Below are positions 1-15,686 of a stretch of DNA of 64,000 nucleotides, piece by piece (positions within the stretch are counted from its first letter, which is position 1; every line of letters begins with the position of its first letter). The DNA is from Eledone cirrhosa (taxonomy: Eukaryota). The notes under the pieces are model-generated. The model was not told the DNA's origin and searched no databases. It was given only the letters and a program-made list of their open reading frames with translations. The position numbers and the translations under genes were made by a program. Location: positions 186,001 to 250,000 of the forward strand of contig OZ024763.1 of NCBI GenBank assembly GCA_964016885.1, read 5' to 3'.

Positions 1-156
1 TATCATCACTTCACACTTACATAGGATCTGACTTCATCATACAACAACAATAACAGTAACAACAACAGCAGCAGAATTAACAACAACAACAGCAGCAGCA
101 GAATTAACAACAACAATAACAGTAACAACAACAGTAACAACAACAACAGCAGCAGT

Positions 157-236
157 AATTGTTTCTACTTTTGGCACACGGCAAAGTTAACCTCGACGGG
201 ATTTGAACTGAGCCCGTAAAGGGACGCAACTCTAAT
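157..236 (-). mobile_element. SINE family 1 fragment
   Basis: Matches the tail and B-box segments of the 12843-13035 copy. Confidence 0.8.
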
Positions 237-290
237 GCACCTACGTACGTTAGTATGTATATATATACATATATACATACACACATATAT

Positions 291-902
291 ATATGGTGGC
301 TGCCAACTCGTTTTCGAGTACGGCCACTACTTTATATCCATGTAGGAGAACCCTACCGATGCGCTGAATGAGTGTGACTTTTTAGTCCAGCCAGCGACTT
401 GAAAACTCTGGTACAAACACTACACTTGTGACAATTATTGACACATAGTGCTGGGCCCATGGTACCATGTGACGACAGGTGCAGAGAGATCTCCAGATAT
501 AAAGCTATGGCCTGTGCCGTGAAGCTTTTATAGTGAGCAAAGGCACTGCACAAAGCCAGTCCCACTCTCTTAACCAAGGTGATATTTACCAAAAAGAAGA
601 ACAAGTCAACATCATTGGATACCATCAGGGTTGCAGGTGTTATATCAGAGTTTTCCGTCTCCTAGAATTCTGCCTTGACAAAGCCTAAGGGGTCATCTCT
701 CCCGGTGATTTTGGATGGCCATTGACTCTTAAGAGCTCCTTTGCCCTTTGACAGGTTTTGTTTTTAGTCCTGCAGGATGTCCAAAGTCACCCTCCTCACC
801 AAGAAACCTTGGTGGGGTTGCCAGTTTAGTCGCCAACGACCCGACCATGAGACAGGTTGTACTGGGATACATATTACCAGTAGCACCAACTGGTGACCTG
901 AC
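291..902 (-). mobile_element. Non-autonomous internally deleted RTE-type retroelement, copy 1
   Basis: Near-identical to 45507-46099 in the opposite orientation. Encodes the C2H2 remnant CSVCTRVFKSLAGLKSH, typical of RTE ORF C-termini, and has a 3' stem-loop CTCG-AAAA-CGAG. Confidence 0.75.
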
Positions 903-1175
903 ATATATATATATACACACACACACACATGTGCACATGCATAGAGACATGTACTCAAAGATACATTTACACACACACACATGCATATATACACACACAT
1001 ATATTATGAGGCAAGCAATTATGTGACTTAATAGGTGACTATGAGTGTAGATTTACAGGTTCACTGGTGACAGATGGGGAGCTGCAGGCAAGACAACAGT
1101 AATAATATATATACACACTGGTGTTGTATATATACATGTAATATTTTAGATATATATAAACATACATATATATCT

Positions 1176-1524
1176 ATCTATCTAAGGCGGGTAAAATTCC
1201 CGAGATCCATGGACGAATTCTCTCCAGCGGTCTCTGTCCCTCATTATCGCTGCCATATCCTGCATCTCCAACAGACCAGTGTCTGTCCTTAGGGCATCAA
1301 CATATGTTAACCTTGGTCTTCCTCTTCTAGTGTGTCCATGTAGGGGGCTCCCAAAGGAGCACTGAGTGCAATGGTGGATGGGTGCTACACGAGAATGCTG
1401 AGGATGGCTCTGAACATTAATCAGTATACACTGAGGATGAAAAACTCAGAGCTGTATGGGAGCATCCCAAAAGTCAGCTCAAAAGTGACACAGAGGAGAC
1501 TGAGGTTGGCTGGACATGCTCACC

Positions 1525-1529
<5 letters not shown>
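1176..1529 (-). mobile_element. 5'-truncated, 5'-inverted RTE/RTEX-like LINE 3' end
   Basis: 1176-1373 (-) matches 63616-63811. 1374-1529 (+) encodes MLRMALNI...LYG..PKVS.KV.QRRLRLAGH. Confidence 0.85.
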
Positions 1530-1569
<40 letters not shown>

Positions 1570-1748
1570 TGGCATTGTATATATACATGTAATGTTTTAT
1601 ATACATACATACATATAATGTATGTATATATACATATATATATATGTGTGTGTGTGTATATATATATATATATACATGTGTGTGTTTATATATATGTATA
1701 TAATATTGTGTGTATGTGTGTGGGTATGAGTGTGTGTGTATGTATATA

Positions 1749-1792
<44 letters not shown>

Positions 1793-1944
1793 TATATACA
1801 TACACACACACTCATACCCACACACATACACACCGTTTATCTTTCACCGAAAGTGATTTTTCATTGCATCTCTTCTTTCCATGATATCCGGATTACATTG
1901 AGTTCTTCATACGGATTGGACACTACCGTAAACTCTTGGTAGAT

Positions 1945-5372
<3,428 letters not shown>

Positions 5373-5619
5373 ACATCAGAAGCTAATGAGAACAACAACT
5401 ACAACAACAACAACAACAACAACAAACAATGGGGTCGTTTCCATAGCAACGGAGATGGGGTTTTCCTGGAAATAGTTTTGGGCAGAACTCCAGGTACGAA
5501 TCTGCCGGAGTTTATGAAATTTTAATATCGCAGTTTTGCTTTTTATTACACAGCCACCATTATAGCATGGGTAATTACTGATAAACACCACAGCATACCA
5601 GCTATGGCTGACACTAGTT

Positions 5620-7200
5620 GTAGTGTCATGTTGGTGTGGTGTGGTGGTGTGGTGGTGTGGTGGTGTAGTGTGGTGGTGTGGTGCTGGTGTGGTGTGTGGT
5701 GTGGTGTGGTGTCGGTGGTGGTGGTGTGGTAGTGTGGGTGTGTGGTGTGGTGTGGTGGTGTGGTGGTGTGGTGGTGTAGTGTGGTGATGTGGTGGTGATG
5801 TGGTGTGTGGTGTGTGGTGGTGTCGGTGGTTGGTAGTGTTGGTGTGTGGTGTGGTGTGGTGGTGTTGTGGTGTGGTAGTGCGCGGTGGTGGTGGTGTGGT
5901 GTGGTGGTGGTGTGGTGGTAATGTGGGTGTGGTGGTGGTGGTGGTGTGGTGGTGGTGTGGTGTGGTGGTGTGGTGTGGTGTGTTAGTGTGGTATGGTGGT
6001 GTGGTGGTGTGGTGGTGTGGTGGTAGTGTGGTGTGGTGTGTGGTGGTGTGGTGTGGTGTGTTAGTGTGGTATGGTGGTGTGGTGGTCTGGTGGTAGTGTG
6101 GTGGTGTGGTATGGTGGTGTGGTGTGGTGTGATTGTGGTGTGGTGTGGTGTGGTGGTAATGTGGTGTGGTGGTTGGTGGTGGTGTGGTATGGTGGTGTGG
6201 TGTGATGGTGGTGTGGTGTGGTGGGTATGTGGTGGTGGTGGTGTGGTGTGGTGGTAATGTGGTGTGGTGGTGTGGTGGTGTCGTGTGGTGGTGGTGTGGT
6301 AGTGTGGTGTGGTGGTGTGTGGTGGTGGTGGTGGTGTGGTGGTGTGGTGGTGTGGTGGTGGTGGTGGGGTGTGGTGTGTTAGTGTGGTATGGTGGTGGTG
6401 TGGTGGTGTGTTGGTGGTTGTGTGTGTGGTGGGTGGTGTGGTGTGTTAGTGTGGTATGGTGGTGTGGTGGTGGTGGTGGTGGTGTGGTGTGGTGGTGTGT
6501 TGGTGCGGTGGTGGTGGTGTGGTGTGGTGGTGTGGTGGTGTGGTGGTGTGGTGTGGTGTGGTGGTGGTGTGTTAGTGTGGTGGTGTGGTAATGTGGTGTG
6601 GTGTGTGGTGTTGGTGGTGTTGGTGTTGGTGGTGTGTGGTGTGGTGGTGTGGTGTGATGGTGGTGTGGTGGTAATGTGGTGTGGTGGTGTGGTGGTGTGG
6701 TGTGGTGGTAATGTGGTGTGGTGGTGTGGTGGTGTGGTGTGGTGGTGGTGTGGTAGTGTGGTGTGTGGTGGTGGTGGTGGTGTGTGTGGTGTGGTGTGGT
6801 GGTGTGGTGGTGGTGGTGGTGTGGTGTGTTAGTGTGGTGTGTTAGTGTGGTATGGTGGTGGTGTGGTGGTGTGGTGGTGTGTTGGTGGTTGTGTGGTGTG
6901 GTGGTGTGGTGGTGGCGGTGTGTTAGTGTGGTATGGTGGTGTGGTGGTGGTGGTGTTGGTGGTGTGTTGGTGCGGTGGTGGTGGTGTGGTGTGGTGGTAG
7001 TGTTGTGTGGAGGTGTCGGTGGTGGTGGTGTGGTGGTGTGTTGGTGGTGTGGTGGTGTGGTGGTGTGTGGTGATGTGGTAGTTGTGGTGGTGTATTGGTG
7101 TGGTGGCAGAGGTGTGTTGGTGTTGGTGGTGTGTTGGTTGGTGCGGTGCTGGTGCAGTGGTGGTGTGTGGTGGTGTGGTAGTTGTGGTGTTGTCTTGGTG
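5620..7200. repeat. (GGT/GGTGT)n low-complexity array
   Basis: Visible repeat. Confidence 0.95.
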
Positions 7201-7449
7201 TATTGGCCTGTCCCTCTCCATAATGGTGCCATCCAGTTCCACACTGTAAATGTGGTTGGTGTTAGGGAGGGCATCCAGCTGTAGAATTGCTGACCACATT
7301 TAGAGTCCAAGATATGGTGTGGTCAACTCTGACCAGAATTGTCTCTCAATGTAGATGACTCATCTAGCCCATGCATGCATGGAAAAAAAAATGGACACTA
7401 AGCGGTAATGATGATGATGATGATATATTTGTGTGTGTATGTGTCATCG

Positions 7450-7791
7450 TTTCATCATCATCATTTCATTTTACGTCCGCTTTTTCCCTGCTTGCAAGGG
7501 TGGGACGGGAACTGGTTCTGGCTTGATTTCTATAGCTGGATGCCCTTCCTAACACCAACCTCATTTACAGTGAGTGCTGGGAGCTTTTATTTGCCGTGGC
7601 ACCTACAAGACCACTTTGCAGTGGAATGATAGGGACCCCAGTCCCTATCATCTCATTTCTACAGCTGAGTAAACTGGAGCAATGTGAAATAAAGTGTCTT
7701 GCTCAAGGAAACAACACATCACTCGGTCTGAGAATTGAACTCACAACCTTTTGATTGCAAGACCAATGCTCTAACCACTCAGCCATGTGCC
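7450..7791 (-). mobile_element. SINE family 2 (tRNA head, CORE-like domain, RTE-derived tail)
   Basis: On the - strand: A/B-box-like head, CCTTGAGCAAGACACTTTA, hairpin TGATAGGGAC/GTCCCTATCA and a (GAT)n tail. Other copies at 20676-20995, 33149-33340 and 47781-48018. Confidence 0.85.
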
Positions 7792-7805
7792 ATATATATA
7801 TATAT

Positions 7806-8078
7806 GTTTATTTGCCACAAGGGCGCACAAGAAATGGGACAATTCAAAGACATATGGCGGGGATTTTACATACAATCGTGTAAAAAAGTTTCAAAATCCC
7901 CAATAGGGGGGAGGCGTTACAAATGGGTTGTTTTATACCCCGTAGATAGAACTACCCTCAACTCCAGGGGCATGTTTTGCAAGTGCTCCTTTCTTCCTTT
8001 CGCTCTCTTCCTCTACCTACAGGCTTATATACAAACAAGGCCCAATCACTCATACAGTCAGGAGTCTCGTTTGCCTTA
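7806..8078 (-). mobile_element. L1/Tx1-like LINE 3' end, diverged copy
   Basis: Homologous to 30880-31180 and 49240-49507. Confidence 0.65.
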
Positions 8079-8566
8079 AAAATGTGAGGGGGCACAAACC
8101 AACATTTGTTGATTCTTAAAGGAACATAAATTATTTATGGTGCCTCTCCTGGACCCTATCACATAAAGAAAATTTTACACTAATTAAATTTTATATATTC
8201 AAATGAAGTTCAGATATAAAAAAAATAAGCTTAAAAAGAATTTATTATATCAAATAAACCAAAAATAAAATATAGATGTTTGAAAAAGTGTGGGGGGAGG
8301 GACTTGTCCCCTGGTAAACCCCGCCCTCTCCTGAAACAAGGTCCTTGCATACAGTTATTGGTAATACACCATAAGTATTGAACTGATTACATTTAGATCA
8401 ATATTTAACTTGCTACCATGGAGCTGAGAAGGAACAGCTGGTGACCATATAGCTTAATTTATGTACACTCAGTTAATTTGCATATAATAGAATAAATAGA
8501 ATATATATATATATATAATAGAATAAATATGGTTTTATAAATATAGTTTCCATTTATTAATATCAT

Positions 8567-8602
<36 letters not shown>

Positions 8603-8643
8603 ATGATATTAATAAATGGAAACTATATTTTTAAAACCATATT

Positions 8644-8704
8644 TATTCTATTATATATATTTCAAGGGTACCAAAACTTTGTTACGTTCTCATCAGATAA
8701 AATA
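8644..8704 (-). ncRNA. Type I hammerhead ribozyme, left arm
   Basis: tattttat-CTGATGA-stem II-GAAA-tatata-TA-atagaata on the - strand. Confidence 0.75.
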
Positions 8705-8817
8705 CAAAGTTTGTTTTATAAATATTGACATACCCAGGAATGAGATCTTAACGGTTCAGGTTCTGTTTGGTTAAGGTCTCATTCCTGGGTATGTCAATAT
8801 TTATAAAACAAATTTTG

Positions 8818-8878
8818 TATTTTGTCTGATGAGAACGTACCAAAGTTTTGGTACCCTTGAAATATATATAATAGAATA
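8818..8878 (+). ncRNA. Type I hammerhead ribozyme with minimal palindromic helix III
   Basis: Helix I tattttgt/atagaata; CTGATGA at 8826-8832; stem gtaccaaa/tttggtac; GAAA at 8859-8862; predicted cut after 8870. Confidence 0.75.
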
Positions 8879-9017
8879 AATATGGTTTTATAAATATAGT
8901 TTCCATTTAGTAATATCATTGATATTATACTCCAAAAAACTTGTTGAGTGCTTCGAATCTGTTATAAATATATTTGTTGAATTACCAACAAATTAAATAT
9001 GTCTTTGCTTATATATA

Positions 9018-9140
9018 TGTGAAGGCATGTGGCTGAGTGGTTAGAGAACTGGATTCGCAATCGTGAGGTCGTGAGTTCGATTCCTGGACCAGGCGATGCG
9101 TTATGTCCTTGAGCAAGACACTTTATTTCACGTTGCTCCT
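9018..9140 (+). mobile_element. SINE family 2 head and CORE-like fragment
   Basis: TGGCTGAGTGG A box, GTTCGATTCC B box, GTCCTTGAGCAAGACACTT. Confidence 0.8.
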
Positions 9141-9321
9141 TCTACCTGGAGTTGTGACCGATAGATAGCATTAGCAATTGGAAAGACCAACGGAAACATT
9201 GTTTCCTCGGTCCGATTTGATGAAAGTCGATCGTTAGGAATATAATATATATATATATATATATACATATATATACATACAATATATTAATAACTGGAAA
9301 CTATATTTATAAAACCATATT

Positions 9322-9389
9322 TATTTTATTATATACATATTTCAAGGGCAACCAAGGCAAATTATGGTGCGCTTTCATCAGATAAAATA
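9322..9389 (-). ncRNA. Type I hammerhead ribozyme (diverged relative of the 8.8-kb family)
   Basis: Perfect helix I tattttat/ataaaata; CTGATGA; stem II aag-gc-acca/tggt-gc-ctt with a different sequence from the 8.8-kb copies; GAAA. Confidence 0.8.
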
Positions 9390-9515
9390 CAGATTTGTTT
9401 TATAAATAAATATTGACATACCCGGAAAAAAAGACAACTTTAACGGTTGGAGTTTCCTGGATATATATATATATAAAGAGAGAGAGAGAGATAAATACAA
9501 TATATATCCATCTAC

Positions 9516-9570
<55 letters not shown>

Positions 9571-9840
9571 GAGAGAGAGAGAGAGGTGGTGGTTAAATAA
9601 AAGAGAAGTAAAATATGTTGGAAAGAAGAGGAGGGAGAGGTGGGGTGGGGGATGCTGAAGAGGATGATATGGAAATGATAGGATAATGATATCGGGATGT
9701 CAGCATTGAGATCAATATTCAATCAGTTATGTATTTGAAGATTGGAATAAGTGAAATTGTTTTTAATGGCTGAATTGTCAGACAGTAAATATATATTTGT
9801 GAGATGGTGGAGTGGTGGGGGAGGTGGGAGGGGGTGGGGA

Positions 9841-10135
9841 GGGAGAGGTTGAGTGGAGAAAAATAAAGAGAGAGAGAAGGGGAGAGAAAGGGAGAGGTTG
9901 AGTGGAGAAAAATAAAGAGAGAGAGAAGGAGAGAGAAAGGGAGAGGTTGAGTGGAGAAAAATAGAGAGAGAAGGAGAGAGAAAGGGAGAGGTTGAGTGGA
10001 GAAAAATAAAGAGAGAGAGAAGGGGAGAGAAAGGGAGAGGTTGAGTGGAGAAAAATAAAGAGAGAGAGAAGGGGAGAGAAAGGGAGAGGTTGAGTGGAGA
10101 AAAATAAAGAGAGAGAGAAGGGGAGAGAAAGGGAG
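9841..10135. repeat. ~49-bp polypurine minisatellite (~6 units)
   Basis: Unit gggagaggttgagtggagaaaaataaagagagagagaaggggagagaaa. Confidence 0.9.
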
Positions 10136-10469
10136 AGAGGGGGAGAAAGAAAGAGAATAAGGAAAGGTTGGAAAGGGTGAGAAGAGAGACAGAAAAAGAG
10201 AGAGATAAAAAAGATAGAGAGATAAAGAGAGGGAGAAAAGATAGAGAGAGAAGGAAAAGAGAGAGAGAAAAGGAAAAGAAAGAGGGAGAAAGAGGGAGAG
10301 AGAGATATTGGAGAGTGTGAATAGAGAGAGAGGGAGAGAGAGAAAGAAAGAAAGAGAGGTGTTGGAGAGTGTGAGAAGAAAGTTGGGAGGTGGAGGAAGA
10401 GCAACTCTCTAGCCTGAAAGAGGGAAGGGGGGGGGGAGATAGAGAGGGAGAGATAGAGAGAGTAAAAGT

Positions 10470-10687
10470 CATAGCTAGATAGAGAGATAGATAGTGAGTA
10501 ATAGCTAGAGAGAGAGAGATAGAGAAAGAGTAATAGCTAGATAGAGAGAGAATAATAGCTAGAGAGAGAGAGAGAGTAATAGCTAGAGAGGGAGAGATAG
10601 CTAGAGAGAGAGTAATAGCTAGCGAGGGAGAGATAGAGAAAGAGAGAGAGTAATAGCTAGAGAGAGAGAGATAGAGAGAGTAATAGC

Positions 10688-10733
<46 letters not shown>

Positions 10734-11112
10734 GCTAGAGAGGGAGGAGGAAGAGCAACTCTCTGGTCTGAAGCAGGACAGGGAGAGATAGAGAGAGAGA
10801 GAGAGAGTACTAACTAGATAGAGAGAGTAATAGCTAGAGAGAGTAATAGCTAGAGAGAGAGAGAGAGAGAGTAATAGCTAGAGAGGAAGGAGGAAGAGCA
10901 ACTCTCTGGTCTGAAGCAGGACAGGGAGATATAGATAGAGAGAGAGAGAGCACTAACTAGATAGAGAGAGTAATAGCTAGAGAGAGAGAGAGAGAGAGAG
11001 AGAGAGTAATAGCTAGAGAGGGAGGAGGAAGAGCAACAATCTGGTCTGAAGCAGGACAGGGAGATATAGATAGAGAGAGAGAGAGCACTAACTAGATAGA
11101 GAGAGTAATAGC

Positions 11113-11169
<57 letters not shown>

Positions 11170-11240
11170 ATAGCTAGAGAGGGAGGAGGAAGAGCAACTC
11201 TCTGGTCTGAAGCAGGACAGGGAGAGATAGAGAGGGAGAA
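10470..11240. repeat. (GA)n-embedded tandem repeat
   Basis: Recurring taatagctag and gaagagcaactctctggtctgaagcaggacaggg (4 copies). Confidence 0.85.
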
Positions 11241-11473
11241 ATTATTGTGAAAGTTGATTATGATATATTGCTGACCTCTGGTCCAATACTCTGACAAGGG
11301 TCAATGATATAGTTGTTAGATTATATAGGGAGTGGTGGGGGTGAGAGAGAGGGATGGGTTAATAATTTACTAGTAAATCATCTATCTGGACATTGGTCAA
11401 GTGCTCCAAGACTTTCTAACTTTCTTCTGCTGTGTCCATCTTAGCAGTTCTTGTCAGCATTGCTAGTTCTTTA

Positions 11474-12830
11474 TTTAACCCTTCCATTACCATATTTCTA
11501 ACCCAGAGGTTGTCCGATGGTTGGAGATAAATTTAACCCTTACATTACCATATTTCTAACCCAGAGGTTGTCCGATGGTTGGAGATAAATTTAACCCTTA
11601 CATTACCATATTTCTAACCGTGAGGTTATCTGATGGGAGGAAATAAATTTAACCCTTACATTAATATATTTCTAACACGGGGTTGTCCAATGGTTGGAAA
11701 GAAATTTAACCCTTACATTACCATATTTCTAACCCAGAGGTTATCTGATGGTTGGAAAGAAATGTAACCCTTACATTACCATATTTCTAGTGCCACTATC
11801 TCTATTCCACAACACAGAGTCTCTCTCTTTGAACAAAATGTCAGCTGTATGTCACCTGTGTGCAATGTGTGATGTTGCATGGTTGTGAGACATGGGCAGT
11901 GAACCCAGAGGTTATCTAGGTTATCTGATGGTTGGAGAGAAATTTAACCCTTACATTACCATATTTCTAACCCAGAGGTTGTCCGATGGTTGGAGATAAA
12001 TTTAACCCTTCTATTAACATATTTCTAACCCAGAGGTTGTCCGATGGTTGGAGATAAATTTAACCCTTACATTACCATATTTCTAACCCAGAGGTTGTCC
12101 GATGGTTGGAGATAAATTTAACCCTTACATTACCATATTTCTAACCGTGAGGTTATCTGATGGGAGGAAATAAATTTAACCCTTACATTAATATATTTCT
12201 AACACGGGGTTGTCCAATGGTTGGAAAGAAATTTAACCCTTACATTACCATATTTCTAACCCAGAGGTTATCTGATGGTTGGAAAGAAATGTAACCCTTA
12301 CATTACCATATTTCTAGTGCCACTATCTCTATTCCACAACACAGAGTCTCTCTCTTTGAACAAAATGTCAGCTGTATGTCACCTGTGTGCAATGTGTGAT
12401 GTTGCATGGTTGTGAGACATGGGCAGTGAACCCAGAGGTTATCTAGGTTATCTGATGGTTGGAGAGAAATTTAACCCTTTCATTAACAAACATACTTCTG
12501 TCACAGAGGCTGTCCAATGGTTAGAGAGAAATTTAACCCTTACATTAACTCTTTAGTATTTAAACCAGCCATATCTGACCAGAATTCTCTCCGATGGTTG
12601 GAGAGAAATTTAACCCTTATATTAATATATTTCTAACACAGAGGTTAGGGTTAGGGTTATGTAATGGCTGGATATAAATTTAACCCTTCTATTAATATAT
12701 TTCTAATACCACTACTTCTATTTTACAACAAGGGATCTCTCCCTGCAAACGAAAGACATGGCCAGTAAACACAGAGGCTGTGTGATGGCTGGAGAGAAAA
12801 TTAACCTAGCCATTAACATATTTCTAATGC
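11474..12830 (+). repeat. ~58-60-bp minisatellite with a ~540-bp higher-order duplication
   Basis: Unit aaatttaacccttacattaccatatttctaacccagaggttgtccgatggttggagat. The insert gtgccactatctc...gggcagtg occurs at about 11790 and 12317. Confidence 0.9.
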
Positions 12831-12842
12831 CATTATCTCTAT

Positions 12843-13035
12843 AGGGCGGTGGATTGGCAGTATCGGTAGAGGGTCAGATGCCATGCTTTGACGTATAGAG
12901 TTACAGCCCTTGCCATTCTGAGTTCAAATCCTGCCAAGGTTAACTTTGCCTTTCATCCTTACGGGGTCGATAAAATAAAGTACCAGTAATACACTGGGTA
13001 ATTGCTGGCCTTGTGCCAAAAGTAGAAACAATTAT
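12843..13035 (+). mobile_element. SINE family 1, full-length (tRNA-derived)
   Basis: A box TGGCAGTATCGG, B box GTTCAAATCC, central GCCTTTCATCCTTACGGGGTCGATAAAATAAAGTACCAG, and tail GCTGGCCTTGTGCCAAAAGTAGAAACAATTAT. Many copies in the window. Confidence 0.9.
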
Positions 13036-13282
13036 CTCTATAGAAAGCAAAGGGTCTCTCCCTACGAACAAAAGGTCAACTATATGATTCCTCAGAGGCT
13101 AGAGAGAAACGAGACAGACATTTTTGTATCTTAGAACCTGGGGCGTTTGGAACATAACTTAACAAAGGATTTTACATAAAATATGATGGAATGTTTTTAG
13201 ATAAATATAAACACTTTAAAATAAACAGCTTTGTATTGTAGAACCAGGGAGGGTTTCAGCTGGTCTGGAACTGTTAATCCTG

Positions 13283-15217
13283 CTGTTGTTGTTGTTGGTA
13301 GTGGTATTGGTGGTGGTGGTGACGTTGTTGTTGTTGGTGGTGGTGGTGACGTTGTTGGTGGTGGTGGTAGTGTTGGTGGTGGTGGTAGTAGTGTTGGTGG
13401 TGGTGGTGGTGACGTTGTTGTTGGTGGTGGTGGTGGTGGTGGTGGTGACGTTGTTGTTGTTGTTGGTGGTGGTGGTGGTGACGTTGTTGTTGTTGTTGGT
13501 GGTGGTGGTGGTGGTGATGGTGGTGGTGACGTTGTTGTTGGTGGTGGTGGTGGTAGTAGTGTTGGTGGTGGTGGTGGCGTTGTTGTTGGTGGTGGTGGTG
13601 GTGACGTTGTTGTTGGTGGTGGTGGTGGTAGTAGTGTTGGTGGTGGTGGTGACGTTGTTGGTGGTGGTGGTGGTGGTGGTGGTAGTGGTGGTGGTGGTGG
13701 TGGTGACATTGTTAGTGGTGGTAGTAGTGTTGTTGTTGTTGGTGTTGTTGTTGTTGGTGGTGGTGGTGTTGGTGGTGTTGTTGTTGGTGGTGCTGGTGAT
13801 ATTGGTGGTGGTGGTAGTAGTGGTGGTGTTGTTGTTGAAGCACTGTTGGTGATGGTGGTGGTGTTGGTGGAGGTGGTACTGGTGTTGTTGGTGGTGGTGG
13901 TGGTAGTGGTGTTGTTGATAGTATTGTTGGTGGTAGTGGTGGTGGTGGTTGTTGTTGTTGGTGGTGGTGGTAGTGGTGTTGTTGGTGGTGGTGGTGGTGG
14001 TAGTGGTGTTGTTGGTGGTGGTGGTGGTGGTAGTGGTGGTGGTGGTGGTGGAGGTGGTAGTGGTGTTGTTGGTGGTGGTGTTGGTAGTGGTGGTGGAGGT
14101 GGTAGTGGTGTTGTTGGTGGTGGTGGTAGTGGTGTTGGTGGTGGTGGAGGTGGTAGTGGTGTTGTTGGTGGTGGTGGAGGTGGTAGTGGTGGTGGTGTTG
14201 GTGGTGGTGTTGTTGGTGGTGGTGGAGGTGGTAGTGGTGTTGGTGGTGGTGGTGGTAGTGGTGTTGGTGGAGGTGGTAGTGGTGTTGTTGGTGGTGGTGG
14301 TAGTGGTGGTGTTGGTGGTGGTAGTGGTGGTGGTGGTAGTGGTGTTGGTGGTGGTGGTGTTGTTGGTGGTGGTGGTAGTGGTGTTGGTGGTGGTGGAGGT
14401 GGTAGTGGTGTTGTTGGTGGTGGTGGTAGTGGTGTTGTTGGTGGTGGTGGAGGTGGTAGTGGTGGTGTTGTTGGTGGTGGTGGTAGTGGTGTTGTTGGTG
14501 GTGGTGGAGGTGGTAGTGGTGTTGTTGGTGGTGGTGGTAGTGGTGTTGGTGGAGGTGGTAGTGGTGTTGGTGGTGGAGGTGGTAGTGGTGTTGTTGGTGG
14601 TGGTGGTAGTGGTGTTGGTGGTGGTGGTAATGGTGGTGGTGGAGGTGGTAGTGGTGGTGGTGGAGGTGGTAGTGGTGTTGTTGGTGGAGGTGGTAATGGT
14701 GGTGGTGGAGGTGGTAGTGGTAGAGGTGGTAGTGGTGTTGGTGGTAGTGGTGTTGTTGGTGGTGGTGGAGGTGGTAGTGGTGTTGTTGTTGGTGGTGGAG
14801 GTGGTAGTGGTGTTGTTGGTGGTGGAGGTGGTAGTGGTGTTGTTGGTGGTGGTGGTGGAGGTGGTAGTGGTGTTGTTGGTGGTGGTGGTGGAGGTGGTAG
14901 TGGTGTTGTTGGTGGTGGTGGTGGAGGTGGTAGTGGTGTTGTTGGTGGTGGTGGTGGAGGTGGTAGTGGTGTTGTTGTTGTTGTTGGTGGTGGAGGTGGT
15001 AGTGGTGTTGTTGTTGTTGGTGGCGGTGGTGGTGGTGGTGTTGTTGTTGTTGGTGGTGGAGGTGGTAGTGGTGTTGTTGTTGTTGGTGGTGGTGGAGGTG
15101 GTAGTGGTGTTGTTGTTGTTGGTGGTGGTGGAGGTGGTAGTGGTGTTGTTGTTGTTGGTGGTGGTGGTGGTGGTAGTGGTGTTGTTGTTGTTGGTGGTGG
15201 TGGTGGTGGTGGTGTTG
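13283..15217. repeat. (GGT/GTT/AGT)n trinucleotide array
   Basis: Visible repeat. Confidence 0.95.
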
Positions 15218-15652
15218 TATGTGAAGCCATGAATCTAATTTGTAGAAATTAGTAAAGCTTGGGTGAAGGTGTGAGGGTGTATAGGATGTAGTAGAGGGGT
15301 GATGGGGAGGAGGAGAGAGAGTGTTTGTGAGAGAGAGGGGGAAAGAAAGGGGAGGGGAGATTTAATTATGATGTCATCAATGCAGAATGTTACATGTAGT
15401 GTATGGAGGGGGGGGTGACAAGGTGGGATTGTGTGGGGAGTAGGGGGTGAAGTAGAGGGGGGAGATGGCAGTGTGTGTGTGTGTGATAATGTGTGTGTGT
15501 GATGGTGTGTGTGTGATAGTGTGTGTGTGTGTGATAGGGATGTGGGTTACATTGTGATGCGTGTGTGTGTGTCTAATGTATATGTGTGTGTGATGTTGTG
15601 GTAGTGATGTGTGTGTGTGTTATATTTGTGTCTGTGTGTGTGTTTGTGTCAG

Positions 15653-15686
<34 letters not shown>

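Larger units (their letters stand above)
8597..8925. repeat. Fold-back inverted repeat (~155-bp arms) of a PLE pseudo-LTR
   Basis: 8597-8752 is the reverse complement of 8770-8925. A further arm fragment lies at 8510-8570. Confidence 0.9.

Noticed and set aside
353-625. Host C2H2 zinc-finger gene
   Set aside because: Single finger inside a two-copy retroposed element; frameshifted in the second copy.
5376-7310. 644-aa His/Thr/Pro ORF
   Set aside because: Translation of a (CACCA)n array; the start lies in an RTE-tail repeat.
12643-12659. Interstitial telomeric TTAGGG
   Set aside because: Only about two units, arising within a minisatellite variant.
12843-12935. tRNA gene
   Set aside because: The A/B boxes are SINE heads fused to a repeat body, with no complete cloverleaf.
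13197-15252. Long Pro/Thr-rich and Gly/Val-rich ORFs (extensin- or mucin-like)
   Set aside because: Stop-free trinucleotide repeat open on both strands, with no unique domain or splice context.
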